A DNA stretch of 62,678 bases. It comes from Burkholderiales bacterium. GTDB taxonomy: Bacteria > Pseudomonadota > Gammaproteobacteria > Burkholderiales > SG8-39. The notes below the pieces were generated by a model. The model saw nothing but the letters and a program-made list of their open reading frames with translations. It made no database searches and was not told the DNA's origin. Position 1 is the stretch's first letter; every line of letters begins with the position of its first letter. Location of the stretch: the NCBI GenBank assembly GCA_036274335.1, contig DASUFW010000307.1, positions 1-62,678 of the forward strand. Reading direction: 5' to 3'. The translations under genes and the position numbers were made by a program. Below are positions 1 through 9,719 of the stretch, one piece after another.

Positions 1-19
1 CTTATTCCTAGGAGAGAAC

Positions 20-1114
20 GTGAAACGCAGATCGTTTCTGAAGAAGGCGGCCGCCGGCGTGGCCGCCGGCGCCGTCGCCGCACCGGCTATCGCGCAATCG
101 CAGCCGACCATCCAGTGGCGGCTCGCCGCGAGCTGGCCCAAGAGCCTGGACACCCTTTTCGGCGGCGCGGAGCTTGTCGCCAAGCGCGTTTCGGAGATGA
201 CCGACGGCAAGTTCCAGATTCGCACCTTCGCCGCCGGCGAGATCGTGCCGGCGCTGCAGGTGCTTGATGCAGTGAAGGCGGGTACCGTGGAGCTCGGCCA
301 CACGGCGACCTACTACTACTTCGGCAAGGATCCGACGTTCGCGCTGCCGTGCGCGGTGTGCTTCGGCATGAACGCCCGTCAGAACAACGCCTGGTGGTAC
401 CACGGCGGCGGTGCGGAGCTGATGGCGCCGCTGTTCAAGGAGCACGGCTGCATCGCGATCCCGGCCGGCAACACCGGCTGCCAGATGGGCGGCTGGTTCC
501 GCAAGGAGATCAAGTCGGTCGCGGACCTGAAGGGCCTCAAGTTCCGCATCGGCGGCATGGCGGGCCTCGTGCTCGCGAAGATCGGCGTGGTGCCGCAGCT
601 GATCGGCGGTCCCGACATCTACCCGGCGCTCGAGAAAGGCACTATCGACGGGGCGGAGTGGGTCGGTCCGTACGACGACGAGAAACTAGGCTTCAACAAG
701 GTCGCGCAGTACTACTACTACCCGGGGTTCTGGGAGGGGGGCCCGATGCTCCACACGCTGGTCAACGAGGCCAAGTGGAACGAGCTGCCGAAGGCCTACC
801 AGGCCGCGCTGCTCGCCGCGTGCGGCGAGGCAAACGCGTGGATGCCTGCGAAGTACGACGCGGAGAACCCGAAGGCGCTGCGCCGGCTGGTGGGCGGTGG
901 CACCAAGATCCGGCCGTTCCCGAGGTCGGTGATGGAGGCGGCGGAGAAGGCGGCCTACGAGGTGTACGACGGCTTCAAGGAGAAGAGCCCGCACTGGGCA
1001 AAGGTCTACCCCGAGTGGAAGAAGTTCCGCGACGAGGAGTTCCTGTGGTTCCGGGTGGCCGAGACCACCTACGACAGCTACACGTTCTTCTCGAAGCTGG
1101 GCGCCGGCAAGTAA
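20..1114 (+). CDS. TRAP transporter periplasmic solute-binding protein (DctP family)
   Basis: 364-aa ORF with a GTG start just after AGGAGAG. N-terminal signal RRSFLKKAAAG...AIAQS. Sequence pattern is typical of TRAP binding proteins, and dctQM genes are adjacent. Confidence 0.9.
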   Translation: MKRRSFLKKAAAGVAAGAVAAPAIAQSQPTIQWRLAASWPKSLDTLFGGAELVAKRVSEMTDGKFQIRTFAAGEIVPALQVLDAVKAGTVELGHTATYYYFGKDPTFALPCAVCFGMNARQNNAWWYHGGGAELMAPLFKEHGCIAIPAGNTGCQMGGWFRKEIKSVADLKGLKFRIGGMAGLVLAKIGVVPQLIGGPDIYPALEKGTIDGAEWVGPYDDEKLGFNKVAQYYYYPGFWEGGPMLHTLVNEAKWNELPKAYQAALLAACGEANAWMPAKYDAENPKALRRLVGGGTKIRPFPRSVMEAAEKAAYEVYDGFKEKSPHWAKVYPEWKKFRDEEFLWFRVAETTYDSYTFFSKLGAGK

Positions 1115-1132
1115 GGCGGGCTGCCCGAATAC

Positions 1133-1163
1133 GAAGCCCCGCTACGGCGGGGCTTCTTTCTTT
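1133..1163. terminator. Hairpin terminator between convergent TRAP genes
   Basis: Perfect 10-bp stem GAAGCCCCGC/GCGGGGCTTC (1133-1142/1147-1156) with a 4-nt loop, followed by TTTCTTT. It lies between the stop codons of two convergent genes. Confidence 0.6.
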
Positions 1164-1168
1164 GCCCG

Positions 1169-2710
1169 CTACTTCTGCTTGAGCAGCTTTTCCAGCTCGT
1201 CGGGCTCGCTCGCCGGCTTTTCCGGCTCCGCCGCGGGCTTGCCGCCCGAGAAGTCCGGCGGCGCCTCCCGTTCGAGCTGCTGGCGCTCGTATTCCGGCAC
1301 CGGCACGATGATCTGCACCTTCGACGGATCGATCTTCTTCTCGTCGAGCCCGCCGGTGACCAGCTTCGGGAACGCGATGACGATGGCCACCATGATCACC
1401 TGGATCACGACGAAAGGCACCGCACCCCAGTAGATCTGGCCGGTGGTGACCGGCGCGGTCGTGCGGCCGGTGATCTTGTCCACGTACTCCTTCGCCGGCG
1501 CCACGCTGCGCAGGTAGAAGAGCGCGAAGCCGAACGGCGGGTGCATGAACGAGGTCTGCATGTTGATCCCGAGCAGCACGCCGAACCAGATCAGGTCGAT
1601 GCCGAGCTTGTCGGCCACCGGCGCGAGCAGCGGGACGATGATGAACGCGAGCTCGAAGAAGTCGAGGAAGAACGCGAGGAAGAAAGTGAGCAGGTTGACG
1701 ACGATCAGGAAGCCGACCTGGCCGCCGGGCAGGCTGGTGAGCAGGTGCTCCACCCACAGATCGCCGTTCACGCCGCGGAACGTGAGGCTGAAGACCGTCG
1801 CGCCGACGAGAATGAACACCACGAAGGACGTGAGCTTGGCCGTCGAGTTCATTGCCTGTCGCAGCAGCGCCCAGCTCAGGCGCCGGTTGATGAGGGCCAG
1901 CGCCAGGGCGCCGGTCGCGCCCATCGCACCGCCCTCGGTGGGCGTGGCGATGCCCAGAAAGATCGTCCCCAGCACGAGGAAGATGAGCGCGAGCGGCGGG
2001 ATCAGGACGAACAGCACCCGGGTGAGCAGCTTCCAGCCGCGCAGGGTGCGCGCCTCGGGCGGCAGTGCGGGCGCCGACTCGGGAGAGCGCAGCGTGCGGG
2101 CGAATACGTACCCGACGTACAGGCACGTCAGCACGAGGCCGGGAAAGATCGCCCCCGCGTACATGTCGCCCACCGAGCGGCCCAGCTGGTCCGCGAGCAC
2201 GATCAGCACCAGCGAAGGCGGGATGATCTGCGCCAGCGTCCCGGAGGCGGCGATCACCCCGCTCGCCAGGCGCCGGTCGTAGCCGTAGCGCAGCATGATG
2301 GGAAGCGAGATGAGTCCCATCGAGATGACCGAGGCGGCCACCACGCCCGTCGTGGCCGCGAGCAGCGCGCCCACCAGGATCACCGCGTAGGCGAGGCCGC
2401 CGCGCACCGGCCCGAACAGCTGGCCGATGGTGTCGAGCAGGTCCTCGGCCATGCCGCTGCGCTCGAGGATGAGGCCCATGAAGGTGAAAAAGGGCACCGC
2501 GAGCAGCGTGTCGTTCGACAGGATGCCGAAGATGCGCTCGGGAAGCGCCTGGAAGAGCTCGGGATGCAGCAGCCCGAGCTGCACGCCGATCGTGCCGAAC
2601 ACCAGGCCCAGGGCGCCGAGCGCGAAGGCCACCGGATAGCCGGTCAGCAGGAACACCACCAGCGCGCAGAACATCAGCGGCGCCAGGTTGGCGGCGAGGA
2701 AGGCGCTCAT
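1169..2710 (-). CDS. dctM: TRAP transporter large permease (DctM family) with a hydrophilic C-terminal tail
   Basis: In-frame ATG at 2710 (MSAFLAANLAPLMF...) inside the longer ORF 1169..3367. Polytopic and DctM-like throughout. ATGA overlap with the dctQ stop. Confidence 0.9.
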   Translation of the reverse strand: MSAFLAANLAPLMFCALVVFLLTGYPVAFALGALGLVFGTIGVQLGLLHPELFQALPERIFGILSNDTLLAVPFFTFMGLILERSGMAEDLLDTIGQLFGPVRGGLAYAVILVGALLAATTGVVAASVISMGLISLPIMLRYGYDRRLASGVIAASGTLAQIIPPSLVLIVLADQLGRSVGDMYAGAIFPGLVLTCLYVGYVFARTLRSPESAPALPPEARTLRGWKLLTRVLFVLIPPLALIFLVLGTIFLGIATPTEGGAMGATGALALALINRRLSWALLRQAMNSTAKLTSFVVFILVGATVFSLTFRGVNGDLWVEHLLTSLPGGQVGFLIVVNLLTFFLAFFLDFFELAFIIVPLLAPVADKLGIDLIWFGVLLGINMQTSFMHPPFGFALFYLRSVAPAKEYVDKITGRTTAPVTTGQIYWGAVPFVVIQVIMVAIVIAFPKLVTGGLDEKKIDPSKVQIIVPVPEYERQQLEREAPPDFSGGKPAAEPEKPASEPDELEKLLKQK

Positions 2711-3282
2711 GGCGATCCCTTGTCGCCGGCCTGCAGCTGCTCGAGCGCCGGGTCCTCGTGGTGCTCGACAGTGTCGGGCATCAGGCCGCGAAGGAACGCG
2801 ATGCGCTTGATCAGCTCGGAGACGCCCTGCAGCGCGAGCAGGCAGAAGCCGACCGGCACCAGCAGCCGAACCGGCCATCGGATCAGGCCGCCCGCGTTCA
2901 TCGAGGTCTCGCCGATGGTCCAGGCGTTCATGAACACCGGCCACGACAGCCACGCGATGTACACCGTGACCGGAAGCATGAAGAAGATGGTGCCGAGCAC
3001 GTCGATCCACACCTGCGTGCGCCGCGACAGGCGGGCGGTAAGGACGTCGATGCGGATGTGCTCGTTGTGCAGCAGCGTGTAGCCCGCGCACAGCAGGAAC
3101 ACGCCCGCGAACAGGTACCACTGCAGCTCGAGCCAGGCGTTCGACGCGCGGTTCAGCGCATAGCGCGAGAGGGCATTCGCCGCGCTCACCAGCACCATGA
3201 TCAGCACGCACCAGTACACCAGGCGGCCGACGCGCTCGTTCAGCCAGTCGACGCCGCGCGCGAAGGCGATCAGGGGCTTCAT
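2707..3282 (-). CDS. dctQ: TRAP transporter small permease (DctQ family)
   Basis: 191-aa four-helix membrane ORF immediately upstream of, and overlapping, dctM. Confidence 0.85.
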   Translation of the reverse strand: MKPLIAFARGVDWLNERVGRLVYWCVLIMVLVSAANALSRYALNRASNAWLELQWYLFAGVFLLCAGYTLLHNEHIRIDVLTARLSRRTQVWIDVLGTIFFMLPVTVYIAWLSWPVFMNAWTIGETSMNAGGLIRWPVRLLVPVGFCLLALQGVSELIKRIAFLRGLMPDTVEHHEDPALEQLQAGDKGSP

Positions 3283-3419
3283 GATGGGGTGGCGTCCTCG
3301 CTCCTGCGCGCAGTACTGCCGCGCGCTGCGCGAATTCTCTCCGAACTGCGAGCGCCGCGGCGAACATTTCGCCGGACCGCGCGCGTCAGCAGGGTGTCAG
3401 CTTTGGCCGCGCAAGCGGC

Positions 3420-4712
3420 CTAGAAGGTCCGCGCGAGGACTTCCTTCAGCGTCGCCGCGACCTGCGGGTCGTTCAGCACTTCGTCGTGGTTATCGTCGAA
3501 GCCGGCCAGCCGCGCGGCCTCGCGCTGCGCCTGTGGCCGCAGCTGGCTCGCGACGGTGACCGTACGATCCGACGAATCCCCGGGCAGGGCGCTGTTGCGC
3601 TTGAAGGTGAACAGCAGAGTGTGGCGCGTCTCCGGGGGCAGCGCGCGCGCGAACAGGCTATCGAGATACTTGCTGCCGGGCGACATGTCGCGCCACACGG
3701 CGACGACCGCGGGCGCCATGCTCACACCCATGCTGGCCGCCGGATCGCCGCCCCACGGCGACGAGATCGTCACGAAGACGGGGATCAGCCCCGCGGTGGA
3801 GGTCCGCGCGTGCCGCAGGATGAACCCGCGCGCGGCCAGCCCGCCCATGCTGTGCGCGACCACCGCGTAGCGCGGCAGAACGTACCGCGCTTCGAGCTTG
3901 GCCATGGTCTGGTTCAGGTGGTCCGCGACCCGTTCCAGCTGAACGCCGGAAGGGTAGTAGTACACCCAGGGCTGATACTTGCTCTTGTCGAGCGCCTCGA
4001 TGAGGTACGCGAAGTTGGTGGGCGAGCCGAACATCCCGTGCACGAAGAGCACCGGCACCTTGCGAGGGTCGTAGGGCTGCAGGAAGTAGATCCCGGCGCG
4101 GGCGGTGAACAGGAAGTCGAAGGGGCGCCACACGCCGTCCTCGACATGCGCCTGGGAGAAGCGCTCGTCGGTGAGCGAGGCGAGCTCGCCCACCGCGGTG
4201 AGTTGCCCGAGCGTGTAGCTGGTCTGCTCTTCCGCCGTGCGCGGGGTCGATTTGGGAAGCACCAGCTGCTGGGGAAAGGGCGCCGCGGCCTCCGTGATGG
4301 TGATTGCCAGGCCCCCGAAATGGCCGCCCCCGGCGCAGGCGATCGGCTGCCCGAAATCGGTCATGCCGTGCGGCTCGGTCGGCTGGTACTGCAGGTCGCC
4401 GTTGCGGTCCTCGAACGCCGATACCGCGTAGCGCCCGTCGCCGACCGAGAAGCCCCAGTTCCCGGGATGCTCCATCACGAAATGGTCGACCACGCGCCAG
4501 CGCGATGCGGCCTGCGGCTGCGCATCGGTCTCGCGCAGCAGCACCACGACGATCGGCGAGCGCGCCTGCTTCGCGGCCGCGACGTTCCCCGAGATCCTGC
4601 AGGTGGCCTCGATGGCGGCGCTGTGCTTCGCGACGTCGAGGAACGTGCAGCCGGCGGCGAGGCCGGCCGCCGAGGCCGCAACGAGGCGGAAGAGAGCGCG
4701 CAGGAAGGACAT
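3420..4712 (-). CDS. Lipoprotein with a C-terminal alpha/beta-hydrolase (lipase/esterase-like) domain
   Basis: Lipobox LAAGC at the N-terminus and nucleophile elbow VVAHSMGG. 430-aa ORF with coding-like composition. Confidence 0.75.
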   Translation of the reverse strand: MSFLRALFRLVAASAAGLAAGCTFLDVAKHSAAIEATCRISGNVAAAKQARSPIVVVLLRETDAQPQAASRWRVVDHFVMEHPGNWGFSVGDGRYAVSAFEDRNGDLQYQPTEPHGMTDFGQPIACAGGGHFGGLAITITEAAAPFPQQLVLPKSTPRTAEEQTSYTLGQLTAVGELASLTDERFSQAHVEDGVWRPFDFLFTARAGIYFLQPYDPRKVPVLFVHGMFGSPTNFAYLIEALDKSKYQPWVYYYPSGVQLERVADHLNQTMAKLEARYVLPRYAVVAHSMGGLAARGFILRHARTSTAGLIPVFVTISSPWGGDPAASMGVSMAPAVVAVWRDMSPGSKYLDSLFARALPPETRHTLLFTFKRNSALPGDSSDRTVTVASQLRPQAQREAARLAGFDDNHDEVLNDPQVAATLKEVLARTF

Positions 4713-4769
4713 TTGGCCGTCGCATCATACTGCGCCGCCGGTCGGCCACGGGTTAGACTACGCACGCCG

Positions 4770-5672
4770 ATGCCAGTTACGTTCGACGGCAAGCTCGTCG
4801 TGGCGATCTCCTCCCGGGCGCTCTTCGACTTCGAGGAGGAGAACCGCGTGTTCGAGCGCGAGGGCGAGCCCGCCTACGTCACCCTGCAGCTCGGCCGCCT
4901 CGACGTCTCCGCCAAGCGCGGCGTGGCTTTCCCGCTGGTGCAGAAGCTGCTCGCCTTCAATGCGCCCGACGCCCAGCGCGTGGAAGTGGTGATCCTCTCC
5001 AAGAACGACCCGGTCAGCGGACTGCGCGTGTTCCGCTCGGCGCAGCGCGAGGGGCTGCGCGTGGAGCGCGGCGTGTTCACGCGCGGGCGCGATCCGTACC
5101 GGTACCTCGATGCGCTGCGCGCCAACCTCTTTCTCTCGGCGAACGAGCGCGACGTGATGGCGGCGCTCGACGCCGACATCCCGGCGGCTCGCGTGCTGCC
5201 CGAGTCCGCGCAGGCGGCTGGGCGCCACCCGGACGAGGTGCGGATCGCGTTCGACGGCGACGCGGTGCTGTTCTCCGATGAAGCGGAGCGGGTCTTCCAG
5301 AAGGAGGGCCTCGACGCTTTCACGCGGCACGAGACCGACCGGGTGGACACCCCGCTGCCGCCGGGGCCTTTCAAGCCGTTGCTGGAGGCGTTGCACCGGC
5401 TACAGACGTCGCGCGGGCCGATGCGGCTGCGCACGGCGCTCGTCACCGCGCGCAGCGCGCCCGCGCACGAGCGTGCGGTAAACACGCTGATGCACTGGAA
5501 GATTTCCGTCGACGAGGCGATGTTCCTCGGCGGGCTGGAGAAGGGCGCCTTCCTCAAGGCGTTCGAGCCCGACTTCTACTTCGACGACCAGCGCGGGCAC
5601 GTCGAGTCGGCGGGCCGGCACGTGGCGACGGGGCACGTGCCCTTCGGTGTCGCCGGAAGGAAACCCGCATGA
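4770..5672 (+). CDS. 5'-nucleotidase family protein (cytosolic 5'-nucleotidase-like)
   Basis: ATG at 4770 in frame with ORF 3486..5672. The 300-aa product (LVVAISSRALFDFEEENRVFE...) resembles the bacterial 5'-nucleotidase family. Upstream ORF sequence is Arg/Gly-rich noise. Confidence 0.7.
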   Translation: MPVTFDGKLVVAISSRALFDFEEENRVFEREGEPAYVTLQLGRLDVSAKRGVAFPLVQKLLAFNAPDAQRVEVVILSKNDPVSGLRVFRSAQREGLRVERGVFTRGRDPYRYLDALRANLFLSANERDVMAALDADIPAARVLPESAQAAGRHPDEVRIAFDGDAVLFSDEAERVFQKEGLDAFTRHETDRVDTPLPPGPFKPLLEALHRLQTSRGPMRLRTALVTARSAPAHERAVNTLMHWKISVDEAMFLGGLEKGAFLKAFEPDFYFDDQRGHVESAGRHVATGHVPFGVAGRKPA

Positions 5673-7525
5673 AATGGCTGAAGATCGCCGGCTACGCACT
5701 GGGCGGGCTGGTCCTCGTCGTCCTCGCGATCATGGCGTTCGTCGCGTTGACCTTCGATCCGAACGCCTACAAGGGCGAGATCGAGAAGCAGGTCAAGGAG
5801 CGGACCGGCCGCACGCTCAAGTTCCACGGCGACATCGGCCTCGCCTTCTGGCCGTCCATCGGCGCCAAGGTCGGCAAGGTGACCTTGTCGCGCCGCGCCA
5901 GCGAGCATGACTTCGCCGCGTTCGACGCGGCGCACGTGTCGGTGCGGCTGCTGCCGCTGCTGCGCGGCGAGGTGCTGGTGAACGAAGTCAGCGTGACCGG
6001 GCTCAAGGCGAGCGTCATCCGCGCCAAGGGCGGCCGCTTCGACTTCGAGGACCTGACGGGCGCGGCCGGCGCGGGCCCGGCACCGGCCAAGCCGGCGCCA
6101 GGCGGCGCTTCGGCGGAGGCGCTCAAGTTCGACATCGCGGGGGTGCGGCTCAAGGACGCGAGTTTCACGTACCTCGACGAGGGCACGGGACAGCGGCTCT
6201 CGCTCGACGACGTCAATCTCACCACCGGCCGCATCGCCGACGGCGTGCCGGGCAAGCTGTCTCTCGGCGCACGCGTGCGGGGCAAGAATCCGGACGTCGA
6301 TCTCATGGTGGCGCTGGACGGCACCTACCGGCTGGGCCTCTCGTCGAAAGCGCATTCGCTCTCCGGCCTGCGTCTCAAGGTCGACGGCGCGGCGGGGGAG
6401 TTCAGCCGCATCGCGCTCGAAGTCGCCGGCGACGTGGGCGCGCAGCTCGCCAAGCAGGCCGTCGACGCGGATCTCACGGCAAAGTTCGACCAGACGGCAG
6501 TGAAGGCGAAGCTCGGTCTCGCAGGGTTCGACGCGCCGCACTACCGTTTCGACATCGACGTCGACCAGATCGACCTCGATCGCTACCTGGTGGCCCAGCC
6601 CGGCGCCAAGCCCGCGCCGTCGCCGGATCGCAAAGGGACCTCGGCAGGAGAGAAAGTGGAGATCGACGTTCCGATCGACCTCAGTCCCCTCGAGGGACTG
6701 AAGGCGGACGGCAAGCTCGCCATCGGCCGCCTCAAGCTGATGAACCTGCGCATCGCCGAGCTGAAAGCGTCGCTGCACGCGGCCGGCGGACGCGCCGAGC
6801 TCGCGCCGCACTCCGCGAAGCTCTACGAAGGCGCGCTGCAGGGCGCGCTGACTCTGGTGGCGAAGGGCAACCGCGTCGCGCTGAAGGAAGACCTGTCCGG
6901 CATCGCCATCGGGCCCCTGCTCAAGGACCTGATGGGGCGCGATGCGCTGGAGGGCCGCGGCAAGGTCGCGCTCGACGTGACCACGGCGGGTCCCACGGTC
7001 GGCGCGATGAAGAAGGCGCTCGCCGGCAGCGCCCGCATGGAATTGACGGACGGCGCAGTGAAAGGCATCAACCTCGCCGAGGCCCTGCGCAAGACCAAGG
7101 CCGCGTTCGGCTCCAAGTCGGCGCGCGAGCAGGCCTCCGACACGTCGGAGCGGACCGATTTCTCCGAGATGTCCGCCAGCTTCGCCCTCCGCAACGGCGT
7201 CGCCCACAACGACGACCTGAGCGTGAAGGCGCCGATCCTGCGCATCGGCGGAGCGGGCGACGTCGACATCGGCGCTTCGCGCCTGGACTACCTCGCGCGC
7301 GCGACCGTGGTCGCTACGTCCAAGGGCCAGGGAGGCGCCGACCTGGACCACCTCGCCGGGCTCACCATTCCGGTCAAGCTGAGCGGCACCTTCGACGCCC
7401 CGAAATACGAAATCGACTACCGCAAGCTCGCCGACGAGGCCGCGAAGTCGAAGGTGAAGCAGGAGCTGAAGGAAAAGGTGCAGCCCAAGCTCGAGCAGAA
7501 GCTGCGCAACCTCTTCAAGCGCTGA
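5669..7525 (+). CDS. asmA: AsmA family outer-membrane biogenesis protein
   Basis: 618 aa with an N-terminal TM anchor (KIAGYALGGLVLVVLAIMAF) followed by a long beta-rich AsmA-like body. ATGA overlap with the upstream gene. Confidence 0.85.
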   Translation: MKWLKIAGYALGGLVLVVLAIMAFVALTFDPNAYKGEIEKQVKERTGRTLKFHGDIGLAFWPSIGAKVGKVTLSRRASEHDFAAFDAAHVSVRLLPLLRGEVLVNEVSVTGLKASVIRAKGGRFDFEDLTGAAGAGPAPAKPAPGGASAEALKFDIAGVRLKDASFTYLDEGTGQRLSLDDVNLTTGRIADGVPGKLSLGARVRGKNPDVDLMVALDGTYRLGLSSKAHSLSGLRLKVDGAAGEFSRIALEVAGDVGAQLAKQAVDADLTAKFDQTAVKAKLGLAGFDAPHYRFDIDVDQIDLDRYLVAQPGAKPAPSPDRKGTSAGEKVEIDVPIDLSPLEGLKADGKLAIGRLKLMNLRIAELKASLHAAGGRAELAPHSAKLYEGALQGALTLVAKGNRVALKEDLSGIAIGPLLKDLMGRDALEGRGKVALDVTTAGPTVGAMKKALAGSARMELTDGAVKGINLAEALRKTKAAFGSKSAREQASDTSERTDFSEMSASFALRNGVAHNDDLSVKAPILRIGGAGDVDIGASRLDYLARATVVATSKGQGGADLDHLAGLTIPVKLSGTFDAPKYEIDYRKLADEAAKSKVKQELKEKVQPKLEQKLRNLFKR

Positions 7526-7532
7526 GCCGCGC

Positions 7533-8714
7533 TCAGCGAGCCGGGAGCGCGTGCTCCGCGAGCGCCGCCAGGTAGCCGGCGCCGAGCGGGATCACCTCGT
7601 CGTTGAAGTCGTAGGACGGGTTGTGCAGCAGGCAGCCGCCCTGCATGCCGCCCTGCCCGAGGAACACGTAGGCCCCGGGTCGGGCCTGCAGCAGGTAGGC
7701 GAAATCCTCACCGCCCATCGTCGGCTCGCCGTCGGTGATCACGTTGGCCGCCCCGAACACCTTCCTGCCGACCTCCGCGGCGAAGCGCGCCTCGCGCTCC
7801 GTGTTCACGGTGGCGGGATAGCCGCGGTGGTACTCGACGCTCGCGCGGCCCCCGAGGGCCTGCGCCACCGAGGGCGCGATCTCCTTGATGCGCCGCTCGG
7901 CCAGGTCGCGCATCTCGGCGGTGAAGCTGCGCACGGTGCCGACCAGCTCGACCGAATCGGGGAGGATGTTGAAGGCGCCGACCTGGCTGGTCTGCATCGA
8001 GCACAGCGACACCACCACCGCATCCACCGGGTTGGCGTTGCGGCTGGCGATCGTCTGCAGCGCGGTGATGACGTGCGCTGCCATCACCACCGGGTCTGCC
8101 GCAAGGTGCGGCAGCGCCGCGTGACCGCCGCGGCCGCTGATGCGGATCTTGATCTCGTCGGTGGCCGCCATGACCGGGCCGGGACGCACCGCGATCTTGC
8201 CCGGCGGCAGGCCCGGCCAGTTGTGGATGGCGTAGACGGTGTCGCAGGGAAAGCGCGTGAACAGGCCTTCCTCGACCATGACGCGCCCGCCGCCGCCGCC
8301 TTCTTCGGCGGGCTGGAAGATGACGTGCACCGTCCCGGCGAAGTTGCGCGTCTGCGCGAGGTAGCGCGCTGCGCCGAGGAGCATCGTCGTGTGCCCGTCG
8401 TGTCCGCAGGCGTGCATGCGCCCGGCGATGCGCGAGCGGTGCGGCGCGTCGCCGGCCTCCTGCAGCGGCAGGCAGTCCATGTCCGCGCGCAGCCCGATCG
8501 CGCCGCCCTCGTGACGGCCGCGGATCACGCCGACCACGCCGGTCTTCGCGAGCCCGCGATGCACCTCGACGCCCCACTCGGCGAGCTTGTCGGCGACCAG
8601 CTGCGAGGTGCGCGTCTCCTCGAAGCCGAGCTCGGGGTGCGCGTGGATGTCCCGGCGGATGTGCACCAGCTCCGCCTGGTAGAGCCTCAGCATTTCGAGC
8701 GCGTCGTTCTTCAT
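7533..8714 (-). CDS. M20 family amidohydrolase (hippurate hydrolase / N-acyl-amino acid amidohydrolase-like)
   Basis: Strong M20/M25/M40 pattern (HAHPELGFEE, HACGHDGH, FQPAEEGGGG). ATG at 8714 preceded by GAGAGGA is preferred over the TTG at 8741. Confidence 0.9.
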   Translation of the reverse strand: MKNDALEMLRLYQAELVHIRRDIHAHPELGFEETRTSQLVADKLAEWGVEVHRGLAKTGVVGVIRGRHEGGAIGLRADMDCLPLQEAGDAPHRSRIAGRMHACGHDGHTTMLLGAARYLAQTRNFAGTVHVIFQPAEEGGGGGRVMVEEGLFTRFPCDTVYAIHNWPGLPPGKIAVRPGPVMAATDEIKIRISGRGGHAALPHLAADPVVMAAHVITALQTIASRNANPVDAVVVSLCSMQTSQVGAFNILPDSVELVGTVRSFTAEMRDLAERRIKEIAPSVAQALGGRASVEYHRGYPATVNTEREARFAAEVGRKVFGAANVITDGEPTMGGEDFAYLLQARPGAYVFLGQGGMQGGCLLHNPSYDFNDEVIPLGAGYLAALAEHALPAR

Positions 8715-8747
8715 GGGGATCCTCTCGCGGCAATCATACAATGCGCC

Positions 8748-9719
8748 ATGCCGTCGTTCGCCGAATCACTCGTCCGCTGGCAGCGACGCCACGGCCGGCA
8801 CGGCCTGCCGTGGCAGGCGACGCGCGACCCTTATCGCGTCTGGCTCTCCGAGATCATGCTGCAGCAGACGCAGGTCGCGACCGTCGTCCCGTACTACCGG
8901 CGGTTCCTCGAGCGGTTTGCGGACGTGCAGGCGCTCGCCGGCGCGGACGAAGAAGAGGTGCTGCGCCTCTGGAGCGGGCTGGGCTACTACGCGCGCGGAC
9001 GAAATCTCCACGCGGCGGCAAAGGCCGTGGCGGCGGCGGGGGCATTCCCCCGGTCGGCCGAGGCGCTTTGCGAGCTGCCCGGCGTCGGGCGCTCTACCGC
9101 TGCGGCGATTGCGGTATTTGCCTTCGGGCGCCGCGCCGCGATCCTCGACGGCAACGTGAAGCGCGTGCTGGCGCGGCGCTTCGGCACAACGGACGAGGCA
9201 GTGCAGTGGGACCAGGCGGAATCGCTCCTGCCGCGCCGGAACCTGCGTGCCTACACGCAGGCGCTGATGGACCTCGGTGCGACCGTATGCACGCGCACGA
9301 AGCCGAACTGCGGCGCCTGTCCGGTTGCGCGCGGCTGCGTCGCGAGGCGCGAGGGGCGGATCGCCGATCTGCCCGCGCCGCGACGCCGCAGGGCGCTGCC
9401 GCTCAGGCGAGCCACCTGGTACGTGCACGTGAACGCCGGCAAGGTGCTCCTCGAGCGCCGCCCGCCGAAGGGGCTCTGGGGCGGCCTGTGGGTGTTTCCC
9501 GAGACGCGGCTGCCCGGCGCCGCGACCCGCCGGCGCCTGCCGGCGCTCGAGCACGGCTTCACCCACTTCCGTTTGCTTGCGCGGCCGGTGGTCTGCACCG
9601 CGCCCGATGCGGCGGCGCCGGGCCAGCGCTGGATGGACGTGGCCGAAGCGCGGGGCGCCGCGGTGCCTGCGCCGGTGCGTCGCGTGCTGGGCGCCCTAGG
9701 CGGCAGTGGGCCGGACTAG
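8748..9719 (+). CDS. mutY: A/G-specific adenine DNA glycosylase
   Basis: In-frame ATG at 8748. Product shows WLSEIMLQQTQV, GLGYYARGRNLH, a helix-hairpin-helix and the 4Fe-4S cluster cysteines (CTRTKPNCGACPVARGC). Confidence 0.9.
   Translation: MPSFAESLVRWQRRHGRHGLPWQATRDPYRVWLSEIMLQQTQVATVVPYYRRFLERFADVQALAGADEEEVLRLWSGLGYYARGRNLHAAAKAVAAAGAFPRSAEALCELPGVGRSTAAAIAVFAFGRRAAILDGNVKRVLARRFGTTDEAVQWDQAESLLPRRNLRAYTQALMDLGATVCTRTKPNCGACPVARGCVARREGRIADLPAPRRRRALPLRRATWYVHVNAGKVLLERRPPKGLWGGLWVFPETRLPGAATRRRLPALEHGFTHFRLLARPVVCTAPDAAAPGQRWMDVAEARGAAVPAPVRRVLGALGGSGPD

Noticed and set aside
3486-5672. 728-aa ORF (similarly 7551..9719, 12586..14403, 58106..60484 and 46026..48323)
   Set aside because: Only the C-terminal portions (5'-nucleotidase, mutY, hpf, binding protein, hisD) look like real proteins. 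The upstream extensions overlap well-supported genes on the other strand or in another frame. Internal starts with an RBS or a stop-start overlap were used instead.
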